From contig CM022672.1 of NCBI GenBank assembly GCA_012295275.1, positions 22,630,001-22,694,000 of the forward strand: a DNA stretch of 64,000 bases, read 5' to 3'. This document shows positions 38,398 through 50,668 of this stretch, one piece after another. The translations under genes were made by a program, and so were the position numbers. This DNA comes from Chrysomallon squamiferum (lineage: Eukaryota; Animalia; Mollusca). Every line of letters starts with the position of its first letter. The first letter of the stretch is position 1. The notes under the pieces were generated by a model. That model was not told the origin of the DNA. It made no database searches and was given only the letters and a program-made list of their open reading frames with translations.

Positions 38398-39348
38398 TCA
38401 GTTTTCTTCAAATTCCAAAACTGCTTCGAAAAGTGAAACTACATCTGGAAAATCAGAACCAACTTTTCTTTTCCGATCATCAATAGCCTTTTCAATGAGT
38501 TCAATACAGTATCCCATTTCCAAAACTGCCTGGATCGCTGTGCTATGGGGGTAATTACTGCTCGAGCTGTCGGAGGTTGTTGTTGCTTGAGCCACAACGC
38601 TGTTCACAGGTTTTACAAAACAACTGGTGTCGAATTTATCACAACTCTTTTCAACAACATTCGTTTTATTTTTCGAGTCCATGTTCGATTTCTCAACTTC
38701 AACAATTTTCCTTATTTCATCAATGTCCAGTTTGTCAGCAAATTCACAGTTCGTAGCCCATTCTTTGTGAACAACTGGCGGAAAATCATCATCGTCCCAA
38801 TCGCGCAAAGTTAGTCCACAGTGAAAACATCTTGCGCGATCCGCCGATCCTATGCAGAAAAATCCAGAACGAGCCAAAATACTGGGCTTCTGCAAGGGCG
38901 ATAAGAGCGGCCATCCAATGAAGCTTTCCAACCTTTTATCATAGCTCTCGTATTCCCTGTATTTTGGAGTACTACTAGAAGTAGAATCCGATTTATTATA
39001 TTCTGAGTCTCCGGTTGTCGAAAATTTTGCTCTAATGAAACTACAACCAGATGTATGTTTTCTGTGTTCTTGCAAAGGGTCCTCGTTACCAGTCCAGTTG
39101 AACAACCTGATACCACAGGATTCGCAAACAACCTTATCAGAGGTACCTGTGTACACAAATCCAGCCATTGCCAGTTGCAGAGGACTTTTCTTGCCTTTGT
39201 AATTTTTGAAAGTCAGTAATCTTTTACTTAACATTTCAGCTTCTTGGAGACGATTCCCAGAATTACTGTTGTTGTTAAAAAGTACACTTGGGTCTGAATT
39301 CACTGCTACTGAATCAGTTTCAATATCAGATGTGATTAAAGAAGACAT
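38398..39348 (-). CDS. Inhibitor of apoptosis (IAP/BIRC) protein, copy A: BIR-BIR-UBA, no RING, 316 aa
   Basis: Two BIR domains with C-x2-C-x16-H-x6-C (CESC..H..C; CFHC..H..C) and R..TF/SF and LA.AGF/SGF motifs. C-terminal UBA (AIQAVLEMGYCIELIEKAI..DFPDVVSLFEAVL). Intact single ORF. Confidence 0.93.
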   Translation of the reverse strand: MSSLITSDIETDSVAVNSDPSVLFNNNSNSGNRLQEAEMLSKRLLTFKNYKGKKSPLQLAMAGFVYTGTSDKVVCESCGIRLFNWTGNEDPLQEHRKHTSGCSFIRAKFSTTGDSEYNKSDSTSSSTPKYREYESYDKRLESFIGWPLLSPLQKPSILARSGFFCIGSADRARCFHCGLTLRDWDDDDFPPVVHKEWATNCEFADKLDIDEIRKIVEVEKSNMDSKNKTNVVEKSCDKFDTSCFVKPVNSVVAQATTTSDSSSSNYPHSTAIQAVLEMGYCIELIEKAIDDRKRKVGSDFPDVVSLFEAVLEFEEN

Positions 39349-39488
39349 TTTGTTAATTTCGAGAAACTATTTTCTTCGTGTTGTTAGCGAGTGTTAATGG
39401 CGTCCGCTACACTTTTGCAGAATACAGATAGTAAAGATCCGTAGATCCCATTCGTCAGAATTTCTTTCCGGTGATAAAAATAGACAGT

Positions 39489-39498
39489 GGGAATTCCG
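39489..39498. promoter_or_regulatory. Candidate NF-kB/Rel site between divergent IAP copies A and C
   Basis: gggaattccg, ~140 bp upstream of the copy A ATG; retained upstream of copy B (56442-56451). Confidence 0.5.
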
Positions 39499-39689
39499 AA
39501 TTATGTTACTATAAAAAGTATAATTAAACCGACTGAACAAACACTGATATTATCAGGGTAAACCGGCGAACGTGGATCGGAAATCTTCTGTTCACTATTA
39601 TTTCTATGTTAAAGTAGATGATGATTTTCCGCCAGTAGTCCAGAAAGAAATAGGGCTATCGAACTCTGAATTTACTAACCAAACTGGAT

Positions 39690-41258
39690 ATGGACGAAAT
39701 AAAGAAAATGACTGAAAATGAAACGAATGTTGTTGAAAAGAGATGCGATGAATCCGACAACAGCTGTTTTGTAAAACCTGCGAACAACGTTGTGGCTCAC
39801 TCAACGACAACCACCGACAGTTCAAGCAGTAATTACGCCTACAGCCCAGCAATGCAGGTAGTTTTGGAAATGGGATACTCTATTGAATTTATAAAAAAGG
39901 CCATTGATAATCGGAAAAGCAAACATGGTTCTGATTTTCCAAATGCAGAAGCGCTTTTCGAAGCTGTTTTGGAACTTGAAGAAAATAAGGTTAGTATCAT
40001 GTTACTGTTGAGTGAAGGGGTATGATTTTTTTCTCTTCTTTTTAAGTTTTTGTTTTTTGTTTTGTTTAATTAGAAGAAAATCTTTTATGACAACAAACAT
40101 TGCTTTGAAAAGACGAACATTTGCTTTTTATTACACAACATGCTACTTGAACAAAAGTGTTTCTGTCGGTCCATTTGAAAAATCTTTTTAAAGAAATTAA
40201 GTTTGATGACATAGTTTACACATGTTGCTACAACCTCGCTTTCGATTGTTGAATATTGATCTCGGAGAAGCTTACCAACGTTTTGATGAAAAAAGCTTTC
40301 TGAAAACCTAAACAAAGTCATCGATCACTGTAAAATCTTGGGTTAGTTCAGCAATCAAAATATGTTTCCCATATAGATGTACTACTAGCTACTGCCGTAC
40401 TCAATTTCAACACGTTTTATCAGCCCGCTTTCTGATTGGATCAGACCCGTGTTGACAAACATTGACATACGGTAAATTTCAGCTAATTAGTTCGATTAAT
40501 TAATTAATCAAAATTCAAGAGTATTAGCAACTTGCTTAAAAATACAGTACATGTTTAGAACTCATAAAAAGCTTCATTTTAATATAATGCATATATAGTG
40601 GATTTAAGCTATATGAGATATTCAGTGTTTATGCTTCAAAATGACAGAAACGTATCACAGTTTCTCAGATTACGAAGGAAAAAATACCCGCAAATTGTAC
40701 CGATAAAAATTCGTGACTTTTTTCGTATCAGTGCTATCAGAGATCTTGGTGTCACTTGAATATGATTATTATTAATTTTTTTTTTCTCTTTCTCTTTCTA
40801 ATGATGTTTAATGTTTTAGGAATATAATAATTTTGAACATTTTGTAACATACCTAGAAAAAGATGGTAATTTTGTGCTGATTTAGGCTTTGCGGGCAAAT
40901 CTATAGATTTGTTTTTATTATTTCCCCAGCATTCCCAGATACTTGAAACGTCATATATGGCCATCAATATATTGATACCTTAGCGTTTACACCTTCTGTG
41001 ATTAGTGCGTGGAACAAACCCCATGTAAAGTTGACCAGTGTAAACAATTTTTAATCACGTGGTAGCAATGACAATGTGATCCCCAAGCTGTTCTCATTGG
41101 TTCAGTGATAGGTCGTTTAATAAACCTATAAATAAACGCATGCGCATCGCCTCTTTCCTAGATGCAATTCACCTCGATAAAAAATAATAAATAAAAAGGT
41201 AATGTTAAATGTTCATAAATATGATCATGCACATTTTCTCTGTTTTATGCAGGATTAG
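39690..41258 (+). CDS. IAP-derived copy C: BIR-less, single-UBA protein (101 aa if spliced 39690-39989 + 41253-41258), or a 5'-truncated pseudogene
   Basis: Paralogous to the post-BIR2 half of copy A (SPAMQVVLEMGYSIEFIKKAIDNRKSKHGSDFPNAEALFEAVLELEENK). Broken BIR2 tail at ~39617-39689. Donor AAG|gttagt, acceptor ttttatgcag|GAT TAG. Confidence 0.6.
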
Positions 41259-41545
41259 ACAGATGAGGATGAGGACGATTTTAGACAGAGCACCCGACTT
41301 CAGGAAAACGACTTCCAAACTGCGATGAAAGTGATCGAAAACAGAACACTCCTGCTACCACCTGCGAGGCCGCGGGAAAAAATAATGTGTGTATATATAA
41401 AATTTATGTGTTATGTGAACATCGGCAAGGATATTCGGCTAAATGTTCCATGATTTGTAGCTAGTACATAGCTCTGACTTTACAGTATTGTAGACCTTGT
41501 GGCAGAGGACATGTTCCCAGAGTGTGATGTTTTTCTGAATAACAC
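41259..41545 (+). pseudogene. Decayed RING exon of IAP copy C, located after the stop codon
   Basis: Reading past the TAG gives TDEDEDDFRQSTRLQEND..VIENRTLL..REKIMC; tataaaatttat (YKIY, compare CKIC); VNI; then ALTLQYCRPC and VFL in shifted frames. This is the order expected of an IAP C3HC4 RING. Confidence 0.5.
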
Positions 41546-44544
41546 TTACCTGACTGTGGCCTTGGAAAATAAAGTTTATTTTAACATATAATGTTTCTGC
41601 AATATTTCTGTAGATAAACCACTTGTTAATAAAAAGCAAAAAGAAATTATTAACACACCCCACCCCCAAAAAAAAAACAAAAACCCATTCAAAACATTTA
41701 ATTTCACAAAACATATTGACAAACTGATAAATATTTGGATGGAGGAACATAATCAGTACATTTTTTTAATAACAGTTTCTTCATTTCTTTTTCTTTTTTT
41801 TTTTACTTTAATTTCAGAAATGTTTAGAAGAGTGCAAACAAAATACACATGTCTGAAGGCAGATAAATATAAAAATTCTGTCACAGCAGATGTTATGAAT
41901 ATTGAAGTGAAAATCAGTCAGAGCAATGACATTGTAGTATATAATTTGTACTCTTTATATACACAGCCGTGGGTATTGTCAGATTATCTAATTCATTAAC
42001 CTCTAAAGTAATATCTAACAACACATTCTTGTAAACCAAATAACTGTGTTTTACTAACTGATATACAGATTATCTGATATTCAAATGGTATCCTGCTCCA
42101 GAGTCATTCCAATCAATGTCACATATTTTCTAATCTAAACTAAGTAATTTATTTAGAGTATTTCTTATCTGATAACTTCAGATAGGATTCAGAAAAAGTC
42201 CACATTTTCCTTGAATTTCCTTGCAGAGGCAGCACAACATTGTCAATCAATAGACAAATGTCCCATTTTGATGACCAGTGAAAAAACACTGTACTGCAAA
42301 GAACCTATATATATTGTTGGATGAAGGAAATTTATAATCATTTCATCATGATGATCATTTAAATTTGATATTGTCTTTATTTTGATTTTTCAATTTTGCT
42401 GACAGGTGTTTTCATTTATTATTTAAATCAGTTAACTCTGTGCCTTGTTCTTTTAAGTGACATCCTGGCAGTTTTATTCTTTCTTTCATCACAGTCTGCA
42501 CTTCTTTTTCAAATTTCAATTTTTTTATTCAACATCAAGAGTTCTTTTTCTTGATGAAAGTAGCAAAGGAAAAGCACTCTTGTCTGTGAACTGACCTTCC
42601 ATCTTGACCTGTGAACTTGAAACTTGAACAGTTGTATCAGTCAGTCTGATGTTCTTGTTTGTTGTTTTTGATCCATCATGAAGCAACAAAGGTTTTTTGT
42701 TTTTTTAGTACATTTTGTTTCTGTGAGCAACCAATCTTGATTGGCAGCAAAATACATTTGTGTACAATGGTTAATGGTTTCAGTTTCATGACTGAATATT
42801 TTTCTAACTCTGCTTTCTAGTGGCTTCCTTCCCTTTGACACCTAACATTATGGTTCTTTCTCAATTTTAATTACATTGTTTTCAACATCGTAGAATGTTT
42901 TTTTAAACAGACGATGTTACTGTTGAGAGACAACATATGGTTTGTTACTTAAATTCAACCGCTATGAAATGCTATTGCTGAACAAGCACTGATATCTCAT
43001 TTGCTACAGGAATAATAATATTCAAGAGTATCTCTGTGACAGGGACAGTCTTCCAGCAGATTCCACATGATCCGAAAAGACAAGGATTAATGTGAAAGTT
43101 CTAAAATGTAGTAATATTTCAGTAATATATTGTTTAGGAGTAACATACTAACATACAGTTAGGTGCAATATTTTCTTTGTGTAAGCAGAGGAAAGGGGTG
43201 GATCATGTGATATTGGTAATTTGGTAGTTATATAAATATATATATATATATATATACACATACATAACTCGCTAGTTACTATACAAGATACTCATAAAAT
43301 CACTGTTCAAGGAATAAACAACAGAGTCAGGGTTTCAAATCAAAAAGCTTTAATACTAGGTAATCTCTGATACAGAAATGTTAACATATACAACATTATA
43401 ACTCTGGTGTCTTCAAAAAGGACAAACTGACCAGATTCATAAAACTGTATTTAATTAATACAAACAATAAAGATTCTAAATACTAATATCCACTGTTAAA
43501 GTTCATTAGTCACCACTTTCATGAGGAGTTATCTATATGAGTAAAACTGCTACATTTCAACATTCCTGATCCATATTATTACATTAAAAGTAATCTTTAA
43601 CAAAAGCAGTTAACTTCAGTTTGGAATTTTAAGCCCACTGTTTATGTAACAGAAGTTGGACACTTGGCATAATAATACTAATATGATACATATGCCTTAA
43701 CATTTTTTTAATAAATATATACATAAACTTACTGTAATTATTATTCATATTTTGATTACATTGAAAAACATAAATGTAATATCACTCAGTACTTTAAAAA
43801 AAAAGAAAAAAGAATAACAGTTATCATAAAGATACAATTACCAGCCATGTAAACTGCCAATTACAGATAAATATAAAACATGCAATACTGTAAGTATGAT
43901 GTCAGTAGTACTTAACCCACACAACCAGTGTTGCCACCTGAATAGAAATAATGAATATGTATCAGCTTGAAAAATACTCTGTGTATCAATCATGTTTATT
44001 TTTAAATATATTTTGTAAAGACTAATACAGATTGCATTAATTATTATAAACTGTAACTACTGTTACTTAAAGTTATGCACTAGCATATTCAAAATAAATA
44101 AAAATCCACAAGTAAAATATAATTATTGTCTCATTTTAAATATATAATATCTTAATTATCCTTTTTTAGGTAGACAAATTAAAATGAAAGCAATAAACCT
44201 GAATTAATTGCTGATCTTAGCTAATCTGTAGCACATATGTGAAACCACTGTTAACCAACTATAAAAAAAGCCTATCTTCACTAACAATTGTTTAAGTTCC
44301 TGCAATGTGTATGTGAACTCTATTAACATGCTCACGTCCACCAAATATAGGTTCAGGCATGCCTGTCTCGGACCCAGTCTCAGACTCTGCCAGGGAAAGG
44401 AGAAGAAGAGAGAGAGAGAGGTAGGTTGAAGTTGGAAGTAGTGTTATACAAATGAGCCAGGATCATTGGCTGAAGTGATTTGTTTGTGTGTGTGTGCTCT
44501 TGTTGTTGTTATTTTGTTTTGTTTTATTTCTTTTTTTATTATTA

Positions 44545-44571
44545 TTTTATTTAGGTTTTATTTTGTTGTTC

Positions 44572-44608
<37 letters not shown>

Positions 44609-45373
44609 GTTATTGTTATTGTTATTGTTATTGTTATTGTTATTATTATTATTATTATTATTTATTTATTTATTTTTGTTAGTTTCTTTATTTACATTTT
44701 TTTTAATGGTATATTGATTTTTGTAAAATACTTTTATTTCTGTTTTACATTTACTATTACATTCATGTTGAGAACAGTAAGAAAAAGAATTATAATAATG
44801 AATAAATAAAATTAAAAAGAAGCCAGGTTTATGTTTATTTTCTCAATTTTATATATAACTTTTATAAAATTTAGATTTTATTGGTTTCTTTCTTCTTTTT
44901 TCCCCCCCCGTCTTCTTTAATAATGATAATAATAATAACAATTAGTAGTAGTATGTATCTATTTTTGTATATAAATAGATATAAGTATGTAAATGTATAA
45001 TGTGTGTGTATATGTGTATGTATGTGTATGTGTGTATTTATATAGGTATGCATGTGTTAAATGCTTGTGTGTATGTGTGTGTGTTTCTTTGTATCTGTTA
45101 TATTAAATCTATGATTAATTTTTTAATCCATATTGGCGTAAATAATTGCTACAAGAAATCTACCTAGATAAAGTTGTATTTAAATTTTATATACATTTTT
45201 CAAACTGACTTTTATGTAAAATAGTCCAGGAATCTGTTGGATATGACTGATAATGTGATGTATCATGTCCCAGCTAACTTCTTGATTACGAATATCGATA
45301 TAATTAATTGTTTTTTGTTTTTGTTGTTGTTTGTATTTATTTATTTATTATAATTTTATTATTATTATTATTA

Positions 45374-45449
<76 letters not shown>

Positions 45450-45920
45450 TTTATTTTTTAAACCACTGGTTTAATTTATTTAAGGGGAATTTTTTGTATG
45501 TGTATATTATTACTGGTGTGTGTGTGTGTGTTTATCATGTTAAAACAAACAATCCATACATATATCTACATGCATTACTGTTTACAGCTACTTACTAGTA
45601 TACATTTATTAAAATAACCACCAATGACAACAATGAATATATATAGATATATAACACAATTACGGGTATGTGCCTATATGTATGTATACACACCCACCTA
45701 CCCATCCACTCATTAAAATACACACCATTAAACATGAATATTTCGATACTAAATCACTAGGGGTTTTTTTCTTAAAAATTTCTATTTCATCAACTGATCC
45801 AATCACAATTGATATCTTTGCAACAAAATAATTAGCTACAAAAGTGACAATAACAGATTTGGGAGACAGACTCATTGATAATATAAAGATTTTCTTTTGA
45901 TTTAGTTATTTTTGATTATT
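44545..45920. repeat. Direct duplication of ~49375-51152
   Basis: Shared blocks gagaacagtaagaaaaagaattataataat, ggcgtaaataattgctacaagaaatctacctagataaag and catgaatatttcgatactaaatcactagg..gggagacagactcattgataa in the same order and orientation. Confidence 0.9.
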
Positions 45921-46599
45921 TGAAAAATGACAATACAAATATAATTAGTAAGAGTACTGAGTAAATATGGTATAATTTAAGTTGTAGCGTTCTAAATGCT
46001 GTGATCCTAACGATTGATATGTAACACGTGATAAATGTTCAAGTCAAATTATAAACTGTATATCTCAATTTAATTTAGATTGATTCTTCAAGAAAAAGAA
46101 CATCAGAGGAATGACACATTTATTTAATTCTGATGACATTTTAAAAATAAATATTGCTGGACAAAGGATACCTTCATTTAGAAGCATATATAACCATTAA
46201 TTTGTAATATTCAATGTAAATATGTTGTTGTTAATCAGGTAATGCAGTGGGATTGTTTATTAGTCATCAAATCATTTCAGTTGTTATTTTTAGTTATCTC
46301 AGAGAAGGATTCATTTGTTTATTTTCCTAATTCATTGAAAATATTATACTTGGCATTTATCTCACTTTTTTATATATATATATATATATAATTATATCCC
46401 TAATGTAGCCTGTTAGTATTTGAATAAATTAATATCAAACAGGGTGCAATTTTTTGGGGAATGGTCAGTTTTATCTTTGGTTATTAACATTTTAATTCAT
46501 CAAAATGTAAAGGAAATAAATTGATTTTTGTATTGGGAAAGAAATATTGAGTAAATATTATATATAATTTCCTTCATTTATTTTATATTATTTATTTTA

Positions 46600-46642
<43 letters not shown>

Positions 46643-48899
46643 GTAAATGCATCTTTAAATATGTAAATATGTTTGAAATATATTGTGATAGATTTGTGGT
46701 ATTAGTGTTTGTTTATTGTAATCTTATTTGTTTTTTGATTTTTTAATCTCATTTGTATTTTCTCTATCATTATCTTAAGCATCTTTCATTCGTATGCAAA
46801 TCATCTATGAACTGTTATTCTTAGCTGTTTTCTCAGACAAGGATTCCTTTGTTTATTTTGCTAATTCATTGAAAATATTGTACTTGGTATTTCTCACACT
46901 TATATATCATTAATGTGCCGTGTTAGTGTTTAATCTTAATATCAAACAGGATACATTTTCTTTGGGAGTGGTTAGTTTTAGCTTTGGTTATTAACATTAT
47001 AATTCATCAGAATTTAAAGGAAGTTTATTGAATTTTGTAATGATAAAGAAATACTGAGTAAAAATAATTTCCTTCATTTTTCTTATTTTATTTATTTTAA
47101 ATAATAATAATAATAATAATAAATGTTATGATACAAATTAAATGCATCTTTATATATGTAAATATGTTTGAAATATACTAAATTTGTACTAATAGTGTTT
47201 GTTTATTGTAATTTTATTTATTGTTTTTAGTTGGGTTTTTTATCTTATTTGTATTTTCACTTACATTGTCTTAATTATTTTTCATTTGTATGCAGAGCAT
47301 CTATAAACTAAATATAACTATGTATTTAATGCTTTTAAATTATCAATGTATGATGAGTTTATAAATAAAGGTTTCTGATAAAACAATATATATATGAGTA
47401 TGTTTTATTTACTTATTTATTTTGTTTATTCATCTTTCATATACATTTGTAATAAAGGTATAAAAGAAATGACAGTGAGACATTGTAAAGAAATCTAAAA
47501 AGAAAGCATAAATTAATAATAAAACTAATGTGACAATTAGGCACCATAAAGAAATCTAAGAATTAATAAATAACGTGATAGTTTTGTAGTAATTTTACAA
47601 AATTTGTCTAGGAGTTTGAAGTGTTAATTAGTTTTATTCCTCACCATTGATACAGAAATTTTATTTTACACAATAAAACTTTTTCTCTTTGTTTATTTAG
47701 TACATTGGATATTTTAAAGCCAATATTTAATCCTCAACTGTCTAATTTTTAGTGACTGAAAGCATACATGGGTCACAGTTTTGTTCCTATCATCCTGGCC
47801 TGGGATATAATCAGCTGAAAAGTGCTGTTCTCAGAAGTGATTGGTTGAATATCTTTTTTTTTTTTTAGTTGAATAGTTCTTTTTTGAGACGTAATTCATT
47901 GAAAAGTAGTATTCTGTGTTGTGATTAGTTGAAGAATACTGGTCTTAGGTATGAGTGATTAAAGAGCGTTTTCCCATTCCAGCTCATGCTCCATGACAAA
48001 GTTGTCAGAGGTAATTTAAAAGGCCCCTAATTAAAACAAAGTAGTAATCAGATTATTATGCTTCACAGAAAAATATTACACTGTGTTTTAAGGCTAGTTT
48101 AGTTTATTAGTAGGAGCATATTCTAAGTCATTTCTAAGTCTTGTTCCACGTTCTGGAATCTATGTTGTTGTAACTGTAAAAAAATGAGGAGAGAAAAACA
48201 CTTCATTAAGATCCATCGGAAGGATATGTGCTGTGAGTTTTTTATGTTGACAAAAACAGTCAAAAGGTAAGATAGGTGATACTGGTAGATTTGTGGCCAA
48301 TGACAAAACTGAAAATATAGAATAAGTCTGCTGTTTAACTATGCAGATATGTGTCTCTGTGTTTGTTACTCTTATAAAAAGTTTTAAAACAAAATAGTAT
48401 AAAAATATAGATTATAAAGGAATTTGTTAATGCATAGTATTATGAATAAAATATAAACAATTATTTTTATTTGTTTTGTTATAGTAAAATGATCTTTAGC
48501 TACTCATTAAATATCCATTAATTCATTTGTTTATTTGGTTTTCAGCTATTCACCATACCCTGAATAAAAGATAAACCCAGACTTGATACCATCTGTAGAT
48601 AATTGGTAAATCAGTATTTAAGATTTATGACATGAGCACACCATTATCACTTAATTTGTTTTATCTCAAGATCTAATTTCATTGATTTAACCACAATACT
48701 CCATGGTTTAGACAAATATGTCTGCAGATTTCTATTAATTATGGACTTAGAAGCTACAATGAAGAGTCCTAGGGGTATGAAATATATTTTAGGTTTTAAT
48801 CAGCACTGTATCCCAAAATTATTTAAAATATATTTGTCAATAGTTACATCTTGTATATTTATTTCATTTATGATTTTTAGTTTATAAAGGAATCCTGTA
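45921..48899. repeat. Inverted copy of 34474-37443 (IAP 3' flank without the gene)
   Basis: Continuous reverse-complement match over ~3 kb. Confidence 0.92.
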
Positions 48900-49634
48900 T
48901 AAATTCAAGTATATATATATATGGTATATATCATGCTGCCTAAGTGTATTTCTAGGTCAGTGATCACATGAAGATAATAAACATGAAGATTTAGCCATTA
49001 TTGATCATTTAATATGACTGAGTCAAATATTAACTGTAAAAAAACAAAAACAAAAAAACAACAACAAACAAATCTTTATCTTTGAGCACCATTTTCACTG
49101 CAAACGATCTTCACTTGATTTTATATGGCAAAGTAAATATAGGACACTGGTGAAATGTTTATAAGAATTTACTTTAAAAGAGCAACATAATATAGTGATA
49201 TTTAAAAATGACCAAATAGAAGAATGTGTTTATCTCTGTGTGTATCTGTGTGTCATATTATAATGTTCATGTTTTTTATTTACACTGACATGTGTGAATA
49301 TGGTGCCCTATTTAACTATAAAATAATTTGTTTGTAGTTATTTTTTTAAAATTTTCATTTCGATTTGATTATTACTTTATTTAGGTTTTATTTTTTGTTC
49401 CTTTATTATTATTATTATTATTATTAGTAGTAGTAGTAGTAGTAGTAGTAGTTGTAGTAGTAGTAGTAATAGTAGTATTTATTTATTTATTTTTATTTTG
49501 TTTGTTTGTTTCTCTGTTTGTCTATTTATTTACATTTTGTTTATAATGGTTTGTTGATTCTTGTAAAATCTATAAGTTAAACGACTTTTACTATTACATT
49601 CCTTTTGAGAACAGTAAGAAAAAGAATTATAATA

Positions 49635-49675
<41 letters not shown>

Positions 49676-49884
49676 AGCCAGGTTTGTGTTTATTTGTATG
49701 AATTTTATATATATACATATATATTATAAAATGTAAATAAAATTTAGATTTTATTGATTTCTGTTTTCTTTTTTACCGTCTTCTGTAATAATAATAATAA
49801 TAATAATAACTAGTAGTAGTAGCAGTAGTAGAAGTATGTATGCATGTATATATTTATGTATATGTATATATGTATGTGTATGTA

Positions 49885-49919
<35 letters not shown>

Positions 49920-50398
49920 CTATTATTAATTTTTAAAATCATATCGGCGTAAATAATTGCTACAAGAAATCTACCTAGATAAAGTCATATTTAAATTTTA
50001 TATTCATTTTTTCAAACTGACCTCTATGTGAAATAGTCCAGGAATCTGCTGGATATGACTGATAATGTGATGTCCCAGCTTTAATGAACCAGAGCCCGCC
50101 TGATAGTAACATAAAATTTTTAAAGTGTTTATCCAAGTGTACACTCAGTATTTGTTAAAGTGTTGATGTTGTATTATACAAAGTGAATAAGTATTTATAT
50201 ATTATAAGCTTTGTGATACATATGCATGTTATTTGTATGTTATTTGTGAACTTAAATTAGATAAGAATTGTATAAACATAATATATATTTAAGTTTAGGA
50301 ATAGTCTCAAGAAATGAGCATTTTAATTTTTTGAAGTATTTATATAATTATACAAATATTTAACTCTTTGTGTGTGTACAAAATATAAATTACTATTA

Positions 50399-50437
<39 letters not shown>

Positions 50438-50630
50438 TGTGTGAAATGAAATTTTCTTTCGTAAAAACAGCTGCTGTTATTCAAAGCATATCAGTCCGCT
50501 GGGCTTGTTATAATACCGACAGCTAAATTCTTGAATAAGAATATCAGTACAATTAATTGTTTTTTGTTTTTGTTGTTGTTTATATTTATTTATTATAATT
50601 TTATTGTTATTATTATTATTATTATTTTTA

Positions 50631-50668
<38 letters not shown>

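Larger units (their letters stand above)
34474..39530. repeat. Segmental duplication unit carrying IAP copy A; inverted copies at ~45921-48899 (3' flank only) and ~56420-59030 (IAP copy B)
   Basis: 37398-37443 is the reverse complement of 45921-45966 and ~58437-58482; 34485-34530 matches 48842-48888; 39350-39510 matches 56431-56589. An internal ~520-bp tandem duplication (36065-37085) is mirrored at ~46270-47310. Confidence 0.92.

Noticed and set aside
42330-42845. Purine-rich minus-strand stretch after an acceptor, resembling old coding sequence
   Set aside because: Multiple stops, and no recognisable motif in the 66-aa ORF.
44466-45598. Poly-Leu/Ile/Tyr 'membrane protein' ORFs (also 3585-3791, 18013-18195, 20157-20453, 50531-50827)
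   Set aside because: Translations of (TTA)n, (TAG)n and (GA)n microsatellites.
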